The notes: generated by a model from the sequence alone, not told the origin. A stretch of DNA of 64,000 bases from Nitrospinota bacterium (GCA_036231405.1 JAZAHK010000003.1:64001-128000), one strand, 5' to 3'. Shown: positions 18,618 through 27,867, counted from the stretch's first letter. Numbers and translations are program-made.

Positions 18618-20036
18618 ATGAATGATTTACACCACCCTTCCTTCAAGAACATGATGAACGATGTAGTCGAGGCAGGAAGTTGTTGTGAGTGTGGGAGTTG
18701 CATTTTAGTTTGCCCTCATAATGTAATTGAATATGTAGACAGCAAACCAAAACAAACTGCAAAGGCTTCAGCCCCATTCGATTATTGTGGCATTAGTGAA
18801 GGCATAGGATGTGATGTATGCGCTTCGGTCTGTCCAAGGCTTTGGCCCAGAGAGAACCATCTTAAAGACGCGATTTTCGAAGACTCCAGACCGTATGAAG
18901 ATATTTTTGGAATATACAAAAACATCTTTGCTGCAAGAACAAAAAAAAGTGAGATAATGGAAAATGCACAAGATGGAGGAATTGTCACAGCACTGCTTTC
19001 TTGGGCGTTAGACAAAAAGATAATTGATGGAGCAGTCGTATCCTCTGTTGGAGAAAATGACCCTCCGTGTAGTCCAAGCCCTCAAGTTGTTACTTCCCAA
19101 GAAGAAATTCTTGCAAGTTCAGGAAGTTGGTATACCTACTGTCCAAATAATTTAGCGCTAAAAGAGGTGGAAGAAAAAAATTTAGGAAAAATTGCATTTG
19201 TCGGCGTTCCATGCCAAATAACACCAATCAGAAAAATGTCCCATATAGATCCTTCTTTTTTAGTTTCTGCAAAAAAAAAACCGCAACATATTGAGAAGCA
19301 AAGAGGATTTTTGAGAGGATTCTCTGACAGAACTTCTCTCCAGATAGGACTTTTTTGTACAGAAGTTTTTACTTTTGATTTAATGAAAGAAAAAATTGAG
19401 GGAGAGATGAACATCCCCCTTGAAGATGTAGCAAAATTTAACGTTAAAGGGGATATTCTTATTCATAAAAAAGACGGGGAATTAGTTACACTTCCCCTTA
19501 AAGATGCAATGGATAATTATCAAAGACCAGAGTGTCAACATTGTGGGGACTTTTCTGCAGAATTAGCAGATATTTCATGCGGAGGAGTGGGGACACGTGG
19601 GTGGACAATAATTGTAATTCGTACAAAAAGAGGCGAGGAAATTTGGAAGGATTTTCAAAAATCGGGGACTATCGAAACTATGCCAATACAAGAAAATAAA
19701 AGAGCATGGAATATTCTACAAATATTAGCTAGACGTCAAAGAAATAGAGTCCCTACAGCAGAAGGAAGAAGTGGAACCACTGATAATCTACCACAATATA
19801 ACGCTAAAGAAGGATCTGATTTTTCACAACAAAAATTAGATGAAAGTCCAAAAAATCCCGAAGAGATTCAAGAATGTTTAAGTGCAGCCTATGGCAAAGA
19901 AAATTTTCCCCACGGAATAGATGGATTCATGGCTGGACAACCAATACCTGGGGATCCTGGAACTCCACTTTCAGGAGAAAAAAGGAAACTTCCTCCTCCT
20001 CCCTTGCCTGAACAAGGGGGCGCACCACCTGTATAA
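18618..20036 (+). CDS. coenzyme F420 hydrogenase/dehydrogenase beta-subunit family protein (FrhB/FpoF-like) with N-terminal 2x[4Fe-4S] ferredoxin domain
   Basis: CCECGSCILVCP and CGISEGIGCDVCASVCP; QDGGIVTALL, VGVPCQ, IGLFC, CQHCGDFSAELADISCG. Confidence 0.88.
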   Translation: MNDLHHPSFKNMMNDVVEAGSCCECGSCILVCPHNVIEYVDSKPKQTAKASAPFDYCGISEGIGCDVCASVCPRLWPRENHLKDAIFEDSRPYEDIFGIYKNIFAARTKKSEIMENAQDGGIVTALLSWALDKKIIDGAVVSSVGENDPPCSPSPQVVTSQEEILASSGSWYTYCPNNLALKEVEEKNLGKIAFVGVPCQITPIRKMSHIDPSFLVSAKKKPQHIEKQRGFLRGFSDRTSLQIGLFCTEVFTFDLMKEKIEGEMNIPLEDVAKFNVKGDILIHKKDGELVTLPLKDAMDNYQRPECQHCGDFSAELADISCGGVGTRGWTIIVIRTKRGEEIWKDFQKSGTIETMPIQENKRAWNILQILARRQRNRVPTAEGRSGTTDNLPQYNAKEGSDFSQQKLDESPKNPEEIQECLSAAYGKENFPHGIDGFMAGQPIPGDPGTPLSGEKRKLPPPPLPEQGGAPPV

Positions 20037-20051
20037 AGGAACAAATTTGCA

Positions 20052-20681
20052 ATGGACAAAAAAATATTTAATAAAAACCTTACGAATTTCCCACTTGCAG
20101 ATGCATTACTTCAAAGAAGATCAATCAGGATTTTTAAAAAAACTCCAGTACCTAAAAAATGTGTAGATATCGCGATTCATGCAGCACTTCTAGCACCGAG
20201 CCCGCATGGAACATTTCCCTGGCGTTTCTGTATTCTAAAGAGCAAAAAATCAAAATCAAAGTTAGGAAAATCAATGGGAAGAAAATTTCTTGAAGACATG
20301 AAATTTGAAGGAATTTTGAAAAAAACAAGAGAAAGTAGATATCAAAAAAGTCTCAATCTAATTCAAAATTCTCCACTTATAGTTCTAGTTTCTCTTGATT
20401 TTTCAGGTATGGATACTTATCAAGAAAAAATTAAACAACAAAACGAAAATATGATGGCAGAACATAGTTTAGGAGCAGCATTACAAAATTTAATGCTTGC
20501 CTTTGCCGCACAGGGGATAGGTTCGGTTTGGAGATGTGCACCACTATTTTGTCCTGAAATCGCAAGAGATGCCATGAACCTACCAAAAAAATGGATACCT
20601 CGTGCTATGGTTTTAGCAGGATTTCCCAAAATACAACCCATCGAAAAAAAATCAATTAAACCCAGAGTAACGATAAGATGA
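20052..20681 (+). CDS. stand-alone nitroreductase, probable dehydro-F420-0 reductase (FbiB C-terminal/FbiE-like)
   Basis: RRSIRIF, APSPHGTFPWRF, SLGAALQNLML, WRCAPLFCP; inside the cof operon with an ATGA overlap to cofD. Confidence 0.8.
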   Translation: MDKKIFNKNLTNFPLADALLQRRSIRIFKKTPVPKKCVDIAIHAALLAPSPHGTFPWRFCILKSKKSKSKLGKSMGRKFLEDMKFEGILKKTRESRYQKSLNLIQNSPLIVLVSLDFSGMDTYQEKIKQQNENMMAEHSLGAALQNLMLAFAAQGIGSVWRCAPLFCPEIARDAMNLPKKWIPRAMVLAGFPKIQPIEKKSIKPRVTIR

Positions 20682-21625
20682 GCAATTACGGTAAAATAGT
20701 TGCATTTGCAGGAGGTGTAGGTGGAGCCAAACTCGCAACCGGCCTTGACTCTTTTTTAGATGATGGGACTCTCAGTATTATTGTAAATACGGCTGATGAT
20801 TTTACTTTACATGGACTCCATATTAGTCCAGATGTTGATACTATTATGTATAATCTTGCGGGTCTTTCAGACCCAAAACAAGGTTGGGGAATAATGGACG
20901 ACACGAATGAAGCACTAAAAATCTTAGACCTTTATGGTGGGCCTTCTTGGTTTCAACTTGGAGATAAAGATATTGCTACACATATAAGAAGAACACAAAG
21001 ACTTAATGAGGGCAAAAATCTTACTGAAGTAACCTCAGAATTAAGTTCTGCTTTGGGAATAAAAACGAAAATCTTACCTATGACAAACAGTCAAGTGGCA
21101 ACAAGAATTATGACTCCAGAAGGAGAATTAGAATTCCAAGACTATTTTGTTGCAAGGAAAGCTTTATCAAAAGTAATTGGGGTGAATTTTCATGGAATTC
21201 AAAGTGCCTCTGCAACTAATGAAGTCATTGCTGCTATTGAAGAAGCTACACATATTATATTTTGTCCTTCAAACCCTATCGTAAGTATCGGCCCTATATT
21301 GGAAATTAAAGAAATAAAAGAAAAATTATTAGACCCAAATTTCACAAGGGTTGCCGTAAGCCCAATTATTGGAGGGAAAGCAGTGAGAGGTCCAGCTGCT
21401 GAGATGTTGAAAGGTCTAAATTGTGAAGTTTCTGCTGTGGGAGTAGCAAAATTCCTTAAAAATTTCATTGACGGATTTATTATTGACCAAGTTGATGATC
21501 ACCTAGAAAATGAAGTAGAAAAAATTGGCTTAAAAGTAAAATCCCTTCCAACTATAATGTCTGACTTGCAGACGAAAAAAAATCTAGCAAGACAGACTCT
21601 TGAATTTTCAGATTCACTAAAATAA
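20678..21625 (+). CDS. cofD: 2-phospho-L-lactate/PEP transferase
   Basis: AGGVGGAKL, VNTADD, ISPDVDT, WFQLGDKDIATH, PSNPIVSIGPIL, VSPIIGGKAVRGPA. Confidence 0.95.
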   Translation: MSNYGKIVAFAGGVGGAKLATGLDSFLDDGTLSIIVNTADDFTLHGLHISPDVDTIMYNLAGLSDPKQGWGIMDDTNEALKILDLYGGPSWFQLGDKDIATHIRRTQRLNEGKNLTEVTSELSSALGIKTKILPMTNSQVATRIMTPEGELEFQDYFVARKALSKVIGVNFHGIQSASATNEVIAAIEEATHIIFCPSNPIVSIGPILEIKEIKEKLLDPNFTRVAVSPIIGGKAVRGPAAEMLKGLNCEVSAVGVAKFLKNFIDGFIIDQVDDHLENEVEKIGLKVKSLPTIMSDLQTKKNLARQTLEFSDSLK

Positions 21626-21662
21626 ATTAAATGATTAGTTTATTAGAATTTGAAATGAGACA

Positions 21663-22298
21663 ATGAAAACATTCAAACCCTGTGTTGCCATTATTCCTGC
21701 AAAAGATTTCAAAAAGGGAAAATCTCGCCTATTTGGAATAATAGAAGAAAAACTCAGGATTAACATTCAGAAATGGATGTTAGAAAATGTTTTACTCTCG
21801 GTTACAACGTGCAGCCTTATTGATGACACGGTTGTAGTTAGTGATTCCTCAGAAGTTTTAAGAATAGCAAGTCAATTCAAAACGACAGGGATCAAAAGTG
21901 AGTCCTATGACCTTAACGAAGATTTAGGAAAAGGAATAGAATGGGCAAAAACAAACGATGCAAAGTCAATTCTTATAATACCTTCTGATTTACCTCTTCT
22001 AGAAAAAAATGACGTAATAAAAATTATAGAGAGAGGAATTAAGCTTTCTTCTGTTATCATCACTCCTTCTCCAGATGGAGGTACTAATAGTCTTTTTTTT
22101 CTTTCTAAAAATATCCCTAATCTATCGTTTGGGAAAAAAAGTTTCAAAAAACATTGGGATGGGTATATGGCAAAGAAAATTAAAATTTTCAGCTACGAAA
22201 GCAAGGGTTTAAGTTTCGACCTAGATACACCCGAAAATCTTAAAAAACTGATAGAGTACAAACCTAATCTGTTTGAAACATTAACTTTAGAAGAGTAA
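21663..22298 (+). CDS. cofC: 2-phospho-L-lactate/PEP guanylyltransferase
   Basis: IIPAK...KSRL, PSDLP, DGGTN, DLDTPE; operon context. Confidence 0.88.
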   Translation: MKTFKPCVAIIPAKDFKKGKSRLFGIIEEKLRINIQKWMLENVLLSVTTCSLIDDTVVVSDSSEVLRIASQFKTTGIKSESYDLNEDLGKGIEWAKTNDAKSILIIPSDLPLLEKNDVIKIIERGIKLSSVIITPSPDGGTNSLFFLSKNIPNLSFGKKSFKKHWDGYMAKKIKIFSYESKGLSFDLDTPENLKKLIEYKPNLFETLTLEE

Positions 22299-22300
22299 TT

Positions 22301-23062
22301 ATGAATAAAATAGAAATGATTCCAGTTACAGGAATTTCTGAAATACTCCCAAATGACAATCTTTTTGAAAAGATTTTTAATCAAATGGAGAAACTCGGAA
22401 TTTCCTATCTAGAGAACGATATTCTATGCATTGCTCAAAAAATAGTTAGTAAAGCTGAAAACAGATATGTAGATCTAAATGAAATTCAGCCCTCAGAAGA
22501 TGCTATGAAAATCGCTAAAAGAGATAATAGAGACCCTAGGTTAGTTGAAGTTGTTATAAGAGAATCAAATGAAATTATAGTTGCAACAGAAAAAGCTTTA
22601 ATAGTTGAACACCATACGGGGATGGTATGTGCTCACGCGGGAATAGACAGATCAAATCTACCTGAAAATGAAAATATTGTTCTACTTTTACCTAAGAACG
22701 CAGACTTGTCAGCAGCGAAAATCAGAAAAGAAGTTTTCAAAAAAAAACAAGTCACAATAGCAGTTGTCATTGTGGATACTCAAGGACGCGCATTCCGTCG
22801 TGGTGTTGTGGGAGTTTCAATTGGCTCTTCAGGTATAGAATCCATATCGGATTTAAGGGGGAAAGCAGATCGTTTCGGGAAGCCTCTGCTTATAACAATC
22901 CTGGCGCAAGCAGACGAAATTGCTGCTGCTGCTAGTTCGGTAATGGGTCAGGCAGATGAAAGTATTCCTGCTGTTATAATGAGGGGAATGAACTATAGAA
23001 GAGGTGATATTGCTTCTTCTCAACTTTATCGCTCAAAAGATGAAGACCTTTTCAGAAAATAA
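22301..23062 (+). CDS. cofE: coenzyme F420-0:L-glutamate ligase (single domain)
   Basis: AQKIVSKAE, CAHAGIDRSN, DTQGRAFRRG, ADEIAAAA, MGQADE, DLFR. Confidence 0.93.
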   Translation: MNKIEMIPVTGISEILPNDNLFEKIFNQMEKLGISYLENDILCIAQKIVSKAENRYVDLNEIQPSEDAMKIAKRDNRDPRLVEVVIRESNEIIVATEKALIVEHHTGMVCAHAGIDRSNLPENENIVLLLPKNADLSAAKIRKEVFKKKQVTIAVVIVDTQGRAFRRGVVGVSIGSSGIESISDLRGKADRFGKPLLITILAQADEIAAAASSVMGQADESIPAVIMRGMNYRRGDIASSQLYRSKDEDLFRK

Positions 23063-23093
23063 GTAATTTGCCGCTAAAATACAAGGATTCTCC

Positions 23094-24293
23094 ATGTGGA
23101 ATAATCTTAGTTATCTTATCGACATAGTCATTATGTGGTATTTGATCTACCAAGCTTACAGGAGATTCAACAATTCTCATGCTATGCAATTATTGATACG
23201 AATAGTCTCTATTTGGGTATGCTATTTCGTATCTAAACACTTTGGATTACATCTAACTTCCTTCCTCCTTTGGATAGTTTGTATTACATTCTTAATTCTT
23301 TTCTTAATCTCCTTTCAGAATGACATTCGTAAAATTTCCTCAGAAATAAATCCACTCATACGAGTTATCGCAATAATTAGAAAAGTTTTCAAATTTACAC
23401 CTACAGATCAAAAACTTTCCATTCTCGGGAATTCAACAATTCAACTACTCGAAAAGGGACTTGGAGCCATTGTGATTATCGAGAGAAAAGAAGATTTAAA
23501 TTCGATTTTTCGTAGTCCAGGGGAAAAAATTGATGCAGAGATTAGACCAGCACTTATGGAATCAATTTTCAATCTTTCATCACCATATCACGATGGGGCC
23601 GTTCAAATAAGAAATGGAAAAATTTTTAGAGTAGGATGTATTTTACCATTGTCTGAAAGACAAGATCTCCCTGCTTCCTATGGGACCCGGCATAGAGCTG
23701 CCCTAGGAGTAACTGAAAGTTCAGATGCATTAGCTATTATCGTTTCTGAGGAACGTAAAGAAATTTCTGCAATAGAAAATGGGGAAATCTCCAAAATTGA
23801 TACTGAAGAACAACTCAACGAATGGGTAATGTTAAGATTGAAATTAAATGAAAAGCCAGTAAATTTCAGAGACCAATTCACTATGATCAATGTGACGAGC
23901 AACTGGAAACCAAAACTTTTTATACTCTTGTCTCTAATTTTCCTTTCGGGTTTGGGCATCGATGAAAAAGTAACTCCTTCAAACATACTCTCCAATTTTT
24001 CGGAAAGCGAAACTGCTAGATTCAAGGTTCCGATCTCTTTCTATAACATTCCTAAAAATCTTGATTTAGAATTAGATAATCTTAAAACTGTTGAACTTCA
24101 ACTAAGCGGAAGAAAAAATGTACTAAACTTTCTAGATGAAGAAAAATTAATGGTCAGATTAAATTTAAAAAATTTAGACCCTAGAGAAAATTCATATAAG
24201 ATTACACCACAAGACCTAATAATCCCTGATTCTCTAAAAATTGTCAGTTTTTTACCAAAGAAAATTTTTTTCATGCTAAAAGTAAAAAAATAA
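23094..24293 (+). CDS. diadenylate cyclase (CdaA-type) fused to a YbbR/CdaR-like domain
   Basis: Three N-terminal TM segments, HDGAV and GTRHRAALG DAC motifs, VSEER, then a further TM and a YbbR-like beta domain. Confidence 0.85.
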   Translation: MWNNLSYLIDIVIMWYLIYQAYRRFNNSHAMQLLIRIVSIWVCYFVSKHFGLHLTSFLLWIVCITFLILFLISFQNDIRKISSEINPLIRVIAIIRKVFKFTPTDQKLSILGNSTIQLLEKGLGAIVIIERKEDLNSIFRSPGEKIDAEIRPALMESIFNLSSPYHDGAVQIRNGKIFRVGCILPLSERQDLPASYGTRHRAALGVTESSDALAIIVSEERKEISAIENGEISKIDTEEQLNEWVMLRLKLNEKPVNFRDQFTMINVTSNWKPKLFILLSLIFLSGLGIDEKVTPSNILSNFSESETARFKVPISFYNIPKNLDLELDNLKTVELQLSGRKNVLNFLDEEKLMVRLNLKNLDPRENSYKITPQDLIIPDSLKIVSFLPKKIFFMLKVKK

Positions 24294-24385
24294 CATTTCC
24301 CCACGTCAAAACACGTAACATTACTGAAATAATTACATAATATATTTTCTGATGTAGCTTTTTTGATTTTAATTCCTTATTCTCA

Positions 24386-24402
24386 CGGAATTTTTAATTC
24401 CG
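24386..24402. promoter_or_regulatory. palindrome upstream of amtB
   Basis: CGGAATT-ttt-AATTCCG; TTTTAATTCC occurs twice (24367 and 24392). Confidence 0.3.
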
Positions 24403-24500
24403 CCTCTAGTTTAAAAAAATATTTAGTCCGTCATTTTTCTTTTGTGAACTCCGAATGAAAAATGGATAGGACAATTGATAAATCCAAGGAGGAGTCAAAC

Positions 24501-25790
24501 ATGTTGAGTGCTGTTTTTTATGCAGTAACAGTTTTAGTATCAGTATTTTTGTTCGATTCTAACGTTTTCGCAGCTGACAAACTCGATTCAGGAGATACAG
24601 CCTGGATTCTAACTTCATCTTGTCTAGTCTTGTTCATGACAATCCCCGGACTAGCACTGTTCTACGGGGGATTAGTTCGTTCAAAAAATGTTCTGTCCGT
24701 TCTAATGCAATGTTTTGCAATCGCATGTCTAATTACGATCCTATGGATAGTTTATGGTTATAGCCTTGCGTTTTCAGGTGGAGGCAACTATGTAGGAAAT
24801 CTCGATAAGGCTTTCTTATCAGGTGTTACAAGGGGTTCTCTAAGTGGAACCTTACCAGAAACAGTTTTTGTTATGTTCCAACTAACTTTCGCAATTATAA
24901 CACCTGCGCTAATAGTAGGCGCATTTGCAGAAAGAATGAAGTTTTCTGCTATGCTTCTTTTCAGCGCACTTTGGTTCACTATTGTTTATGCACCTGTTTG
25001 TCACTGGGTATGGGGTGGAGGATGGTTACAACAAATGAAGGCTTTAGATTTTGCTGGCGGAACCGTTGTACACATAAACTCGGGTATTAGTGCACTTGTC
25101 GCCGCGCTTGTCATTGGAAAACGGAGAGGATTCCCAGAACAACCAATGACACCTCATAACCTTACCATGACTGTCACAGGCGCCTCTATGCTGTGGGTAG
25201 GATGGTTTGGATTTAACGCTGGGAGTGCAGTCTCGGCAGGTGCAGATGCTGGAATGGCCATGCTTGTTACTCATATTTCTGCTGCCGCTGCCGCTCTAGC
25301 TTGGATGACCTGCGAATGGATGAAATATGGGAAAGCAAGTGTACTTGGAATCGTAACTGGTGCGGTTGCTGGACTCGTTTGTATCACTCCAGCCTCTGGT
25401 TCTGTAGGTCCAATGGGTGGTTTAGTACTTGGCATAGCTGCAGGTTTAATTTGTTATGCTGCTACACATGTCATGAAAGAAGTTTTAAGTGTAGATGACT
25501 CTCTCGATGTATTTACAGTTCATGGAGTTGGAGGTATTGTCGGCGCCCTTCTAACTGGTATTTTTGTCGCATCGAATCTTGGCGGTGCAGGTTTTGCGGA
25601 TAAGATGACAATGGGCAGTCAACTTTTGGTCCAGACCGTTAGTGTTGTTGCAACTTTAGTGTACGCTGGAGTACTTTCATTTATCATACTTAAAGTAGTT
25701 GACGGAATATGTGGTCTTAGAGTTTCTGCAGACGAAGAAGATGAAGGACTTGACACAACAATGCATAATGAGCGAGGGTATGACTTATAG
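24501..25790 (+). CDS. amtB: ammonium transporter
   Basis: DFAGGTVVHINSG, WVGWFGFNAGS, DDSLDVFTVHGVGG (twin His); ATG 24501 after AGGAGG. Confidence 0.96.
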   Translation: MLSAVFYAVTVLVSVFLFDSNVFAADKLDSGDTAWILTSSCLVLFMTIPGLALFYGGLVRSKNVLSVLMQCFAIACLITILWIVYGYSLAFSGGGNYVGNLDKAFLSGVTRGSLSGTLPETVFVMFQLTFAIITPALIVGAFAERMKFSAMLLFSALWFTIVYAPVCHWVWGGGWLQQMKALDFAGGTVVHINSGISALVAALVIGKRRGFPEQPMTPHNLTMTVTGASMLWVGWFGFNAGSAVSAGADAGMAMLVTHISAAAAALAWMTCEWMKYGKASVLGIVTGAVAGLVCITPASGSVGPMGGLVLGIAAGLICYAATHVMKEVLSVDDSLDVFTVHGVGGIVGALLTGIFVASNLGGAGFADKMTMGSQLLVQTVSVVATLVYAGVLSFIILKVVDGICGLRVSADEEDEGLDTTMHNERGYDL

Positions 25791-25875
25791 TTTTTTCTAT
25801 AATTACTTTGCCCGTACCCAAGAATATTTAATTTCTTAAAAAGTTTACGTTAAGAACTAGGATAGGAGATTTTAA

Positions 25876-26013
25876 ATGAAAAAAGTACTTTCTGTTATAG
25901 TTGTTTCATTGTTTCTTGGACTTTCTCTCGCAGGTTGCATGACCCCATTAGAACAAGCAATTGAGAAAAATAAACAAGCTCTAGAAAAAATAAGAAAGAA
26001 ACACGGAAAATAA
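25876..26013 (+). CDS. 45-aa lipoprotein missed by the ORF track
   Basis: MKKVLSVIVVSLFLGLSLAGCMTPLEQAIEKNKQALEKIRKKHGK; AGGAG RBS, LAGC lipobox, downstream terminator. Confidence 0.7.
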   Translation: MKKVLSVIVVSLFLGLSLAGCMTPLEQAIEKNKQALEKIRKKHGK

Positions 26014-26037
26014 GTAAAGTTCAGAAAATCTAAAGAT

Positions 26038-26074
26038 AAAAAAGAAGGTCTCGTTATTGAGGTCTTCTTTTTTT
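26038..26074 (+). terminator. rho-independent terminator
   Basis: AAGAAGGTCTC-loop-GAGGTCTTCTT stem with G-U pairs, flanked by an A-tract and a T-tract. Confidence 0.6.
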
Positions 26075-26152
26075 GTTTGCATTTTGGGCTCAAATCTTGT
26101 TGAATAGAGACAATTAAAAAGAAGAGTTTGCTTAGAAAAAGGAGACTATAAA

Positions 26153-26653
26153 ATGAAGGTTTTTTCTTACTTGTTTTTGCTTCTGTTTTCAATTTTCACT
26201 TTGGTTAGTTGTGCTCCGCAACATGGCGGATACACAAAACAAGACACTGGAAAAGTTCTAGGAGGCATAGCCGGTGGAGTTTTAGGTTCAAGAGTTGGAA
26301 AGGGAAGGGGAAGAATGATTGCTACAATCGGTGGCGCAATTGTAGGCGCTATGATTGGAGGTGAAATAGGGAAACAACTTGACGAAAGAGATCGTCTTTT
26401 ACTAGGGAAAACTACCCAATCTGCATTAGAATACGGAAAATCTGGTTCCACAAACAAATGGAGAAATCCTGATTCTGGAAACAGTGGAATCATTGTCCCG
26501 AAAAGATCCTATAGACCAAGAATTTCTCGCTTGAAGAGAAGATACAAATACTGTAGGGAATTCCAACAAACGATAATTGTTGGAGGGCATAAGGAAAATG
26601 CTTACGGAAAGGCTTGTAGGCAACCTGATGGACAATGGAAGATTGTCAGGTAA
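26153..26653 (+). CDS. 17 kDa surface antigen-like glycine-zipper outer-membrane lipoprotein
   Basis: LVSC lipobox, glycine zipper GGIAGGVLG...GAIVGAMIGGEIG, WRNPDSG, CREFQQ, ACRQPDGQW. Confidence 0.85.
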   Translation: MKVFSYLFLLLFSIFTLVSCAPQHGGYTKQDTGKVLGGIAGGVLGSRVGKGRGRMIATIGGAIVGAMIGGEIGKQLDERDRLLLGKTTQSALEYGKSGSTNKWRNPDSGNSGIIVPKRSYRPRISRLKRRYKYCREFQQTIIVGGHKENAYGKACRQPDGQWKIVR

Positions 26654-26691
26654 TTTAACCCCACGAGAATTGATTAGTTTGGGAGATTTCT

Positions 26692-27867
26692 ATGGTAGTT
26701 AAAGCTACAAGGAAAAGAAATTGGTTTACATATTTTTCAGATAACTATCGTTGGTCTTTTATAACGTCAATAGCACTTATGAGAACTACCGTAGGTGCGT
26801 CAGACCCAGCAGAAATCTTCGAAGTATGTAGAAAGATTGAAAAGTCAAATGGGAGCGATAGATCTTGGACACGAGAGTGGACGAAAATGGGCGAAAAGAT
26901 AAGGAAACTAGCCCTGAGTGAAAAAAGAAACAACCATTCTCTCTCTGCATCCTCTCATTTCAATAGAGCCTGCCATTATTACCAAATGGCTGATAGATTT
27001 GCCTTCCCTAAAAATAAAGTGTCAAACGCAATATACAAGAAATCTATTGACTGTTTTAAACAATACACACAACTTACAGACTCCCCAAAAATAGAATGTG
27101 TGGAAATCCCATTTGAAGGTGGAAAAACTTTACCTGCGTATTTTATTCACGCACAGAATACTCGAAAGAAAAAACCACCTGTTGTACTTTCATATACTGG
27201 TTTTGATGGAACTAAAGAAACTTCTCTCGTCCTAGGGGGTTTAGCACTTGCCAAAAGGGGGATGAGTGTCGTTGTACCTGACACCCCAGGAGTTGGGGAA
27301 TCAATACGTTTTAGAAAGAATTTTCTTAGGTATGATTATGAGATTGCGGCTACGGCCATCATTGATTGGCTAGAAAAAAGAAAAGATGTAAATGCAAAAA
27401 AGGTAGGAATTATGGCTTCTAGTCTAGGAGGATATTATTCACCTCGTTCTGCTTCTATGGAAAAAAGGATAAAAGCTTGCGTCGCATGGGGTGCTATTTG
27501 GGATTATCACCGAATTTGGAAAAAGAGAATTGACGCAGCTTTCAAGATACAATTACCTTCCCCTGGGAATCATCTAGCGTGGAGTTTTAATGTAAAATCC
27601 GCAGATGAAGCTCTTGAGAAGCTTAAAAGCTTTAAGCTTAATGGTGTTGTTCAAAAGATGAAGTGTCCTTTTCTAATCGTCCATGGCGAAGATGACCAAC
27701 AAATCCCTCTCAGCGATGCAAAAAAGCTTTATGCTGCATCCGGTTCAAAAGATAAAACACTTAAGATATTTAACGGAGAAAATGGGGGATCGCAACACTG
27801 CCATATGGATTACTTAGCTCCGGTAGTTCCGTATATGGCTGATTGGATATCTGAGAAGCTTTCTTGA
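26692..27867 (+). CDS. alpha/beta hydrolase, 2,6-dihydroxypseudooxynicotine hydrolase/FrsA-like family
   Basis: GFDGTKE, DTPGVGES, ASSLGGYY, HGEDDQQI, GGSQHC. Confidence 0.8.
   Translation: MVVKATRKRNWFTYFSDNYRWSFITSIALMRTTVGASDPAEIFEVCRKIEKSNGSDRSWTREWTKMGEKIRKLALSEKRNNHSLSASSHFNRACHYYQMADRFAFPKNKVSNAIYKKSIDCFKQYTQLTDSPKIECVEIPFEGGKTLPAYFIHAQNTRKKKPPVVLSYTGFDGTKETSLVLGGLALAKRGMSVVVPDTPGVGESIRFRKNFLRYDYEIAATAIIDWLEKRKDVNAKKVGIMASSLGGYYSPRSASMEKRIKACVAWGAIWDYHRIWKKRIDAAFKIQLPSPGNHLAWSFNVKSADEALEKLKSFKLNGVVQKMKCPFLIVHGEDDQQIPLSDAKKLYAASGSKDKTLKIFNGENGGSQHCHMDYLAPVVPYMADWISEKLS

Noticed and set aside
18618-20036. F420-reducing [NiFe] hydrogenase or methanogenesis
   Set aside because: No large/small hydrogenase subunits, maturation genes or methanogenesis genes; the context is aerobic (SOD, fumC, acnA)
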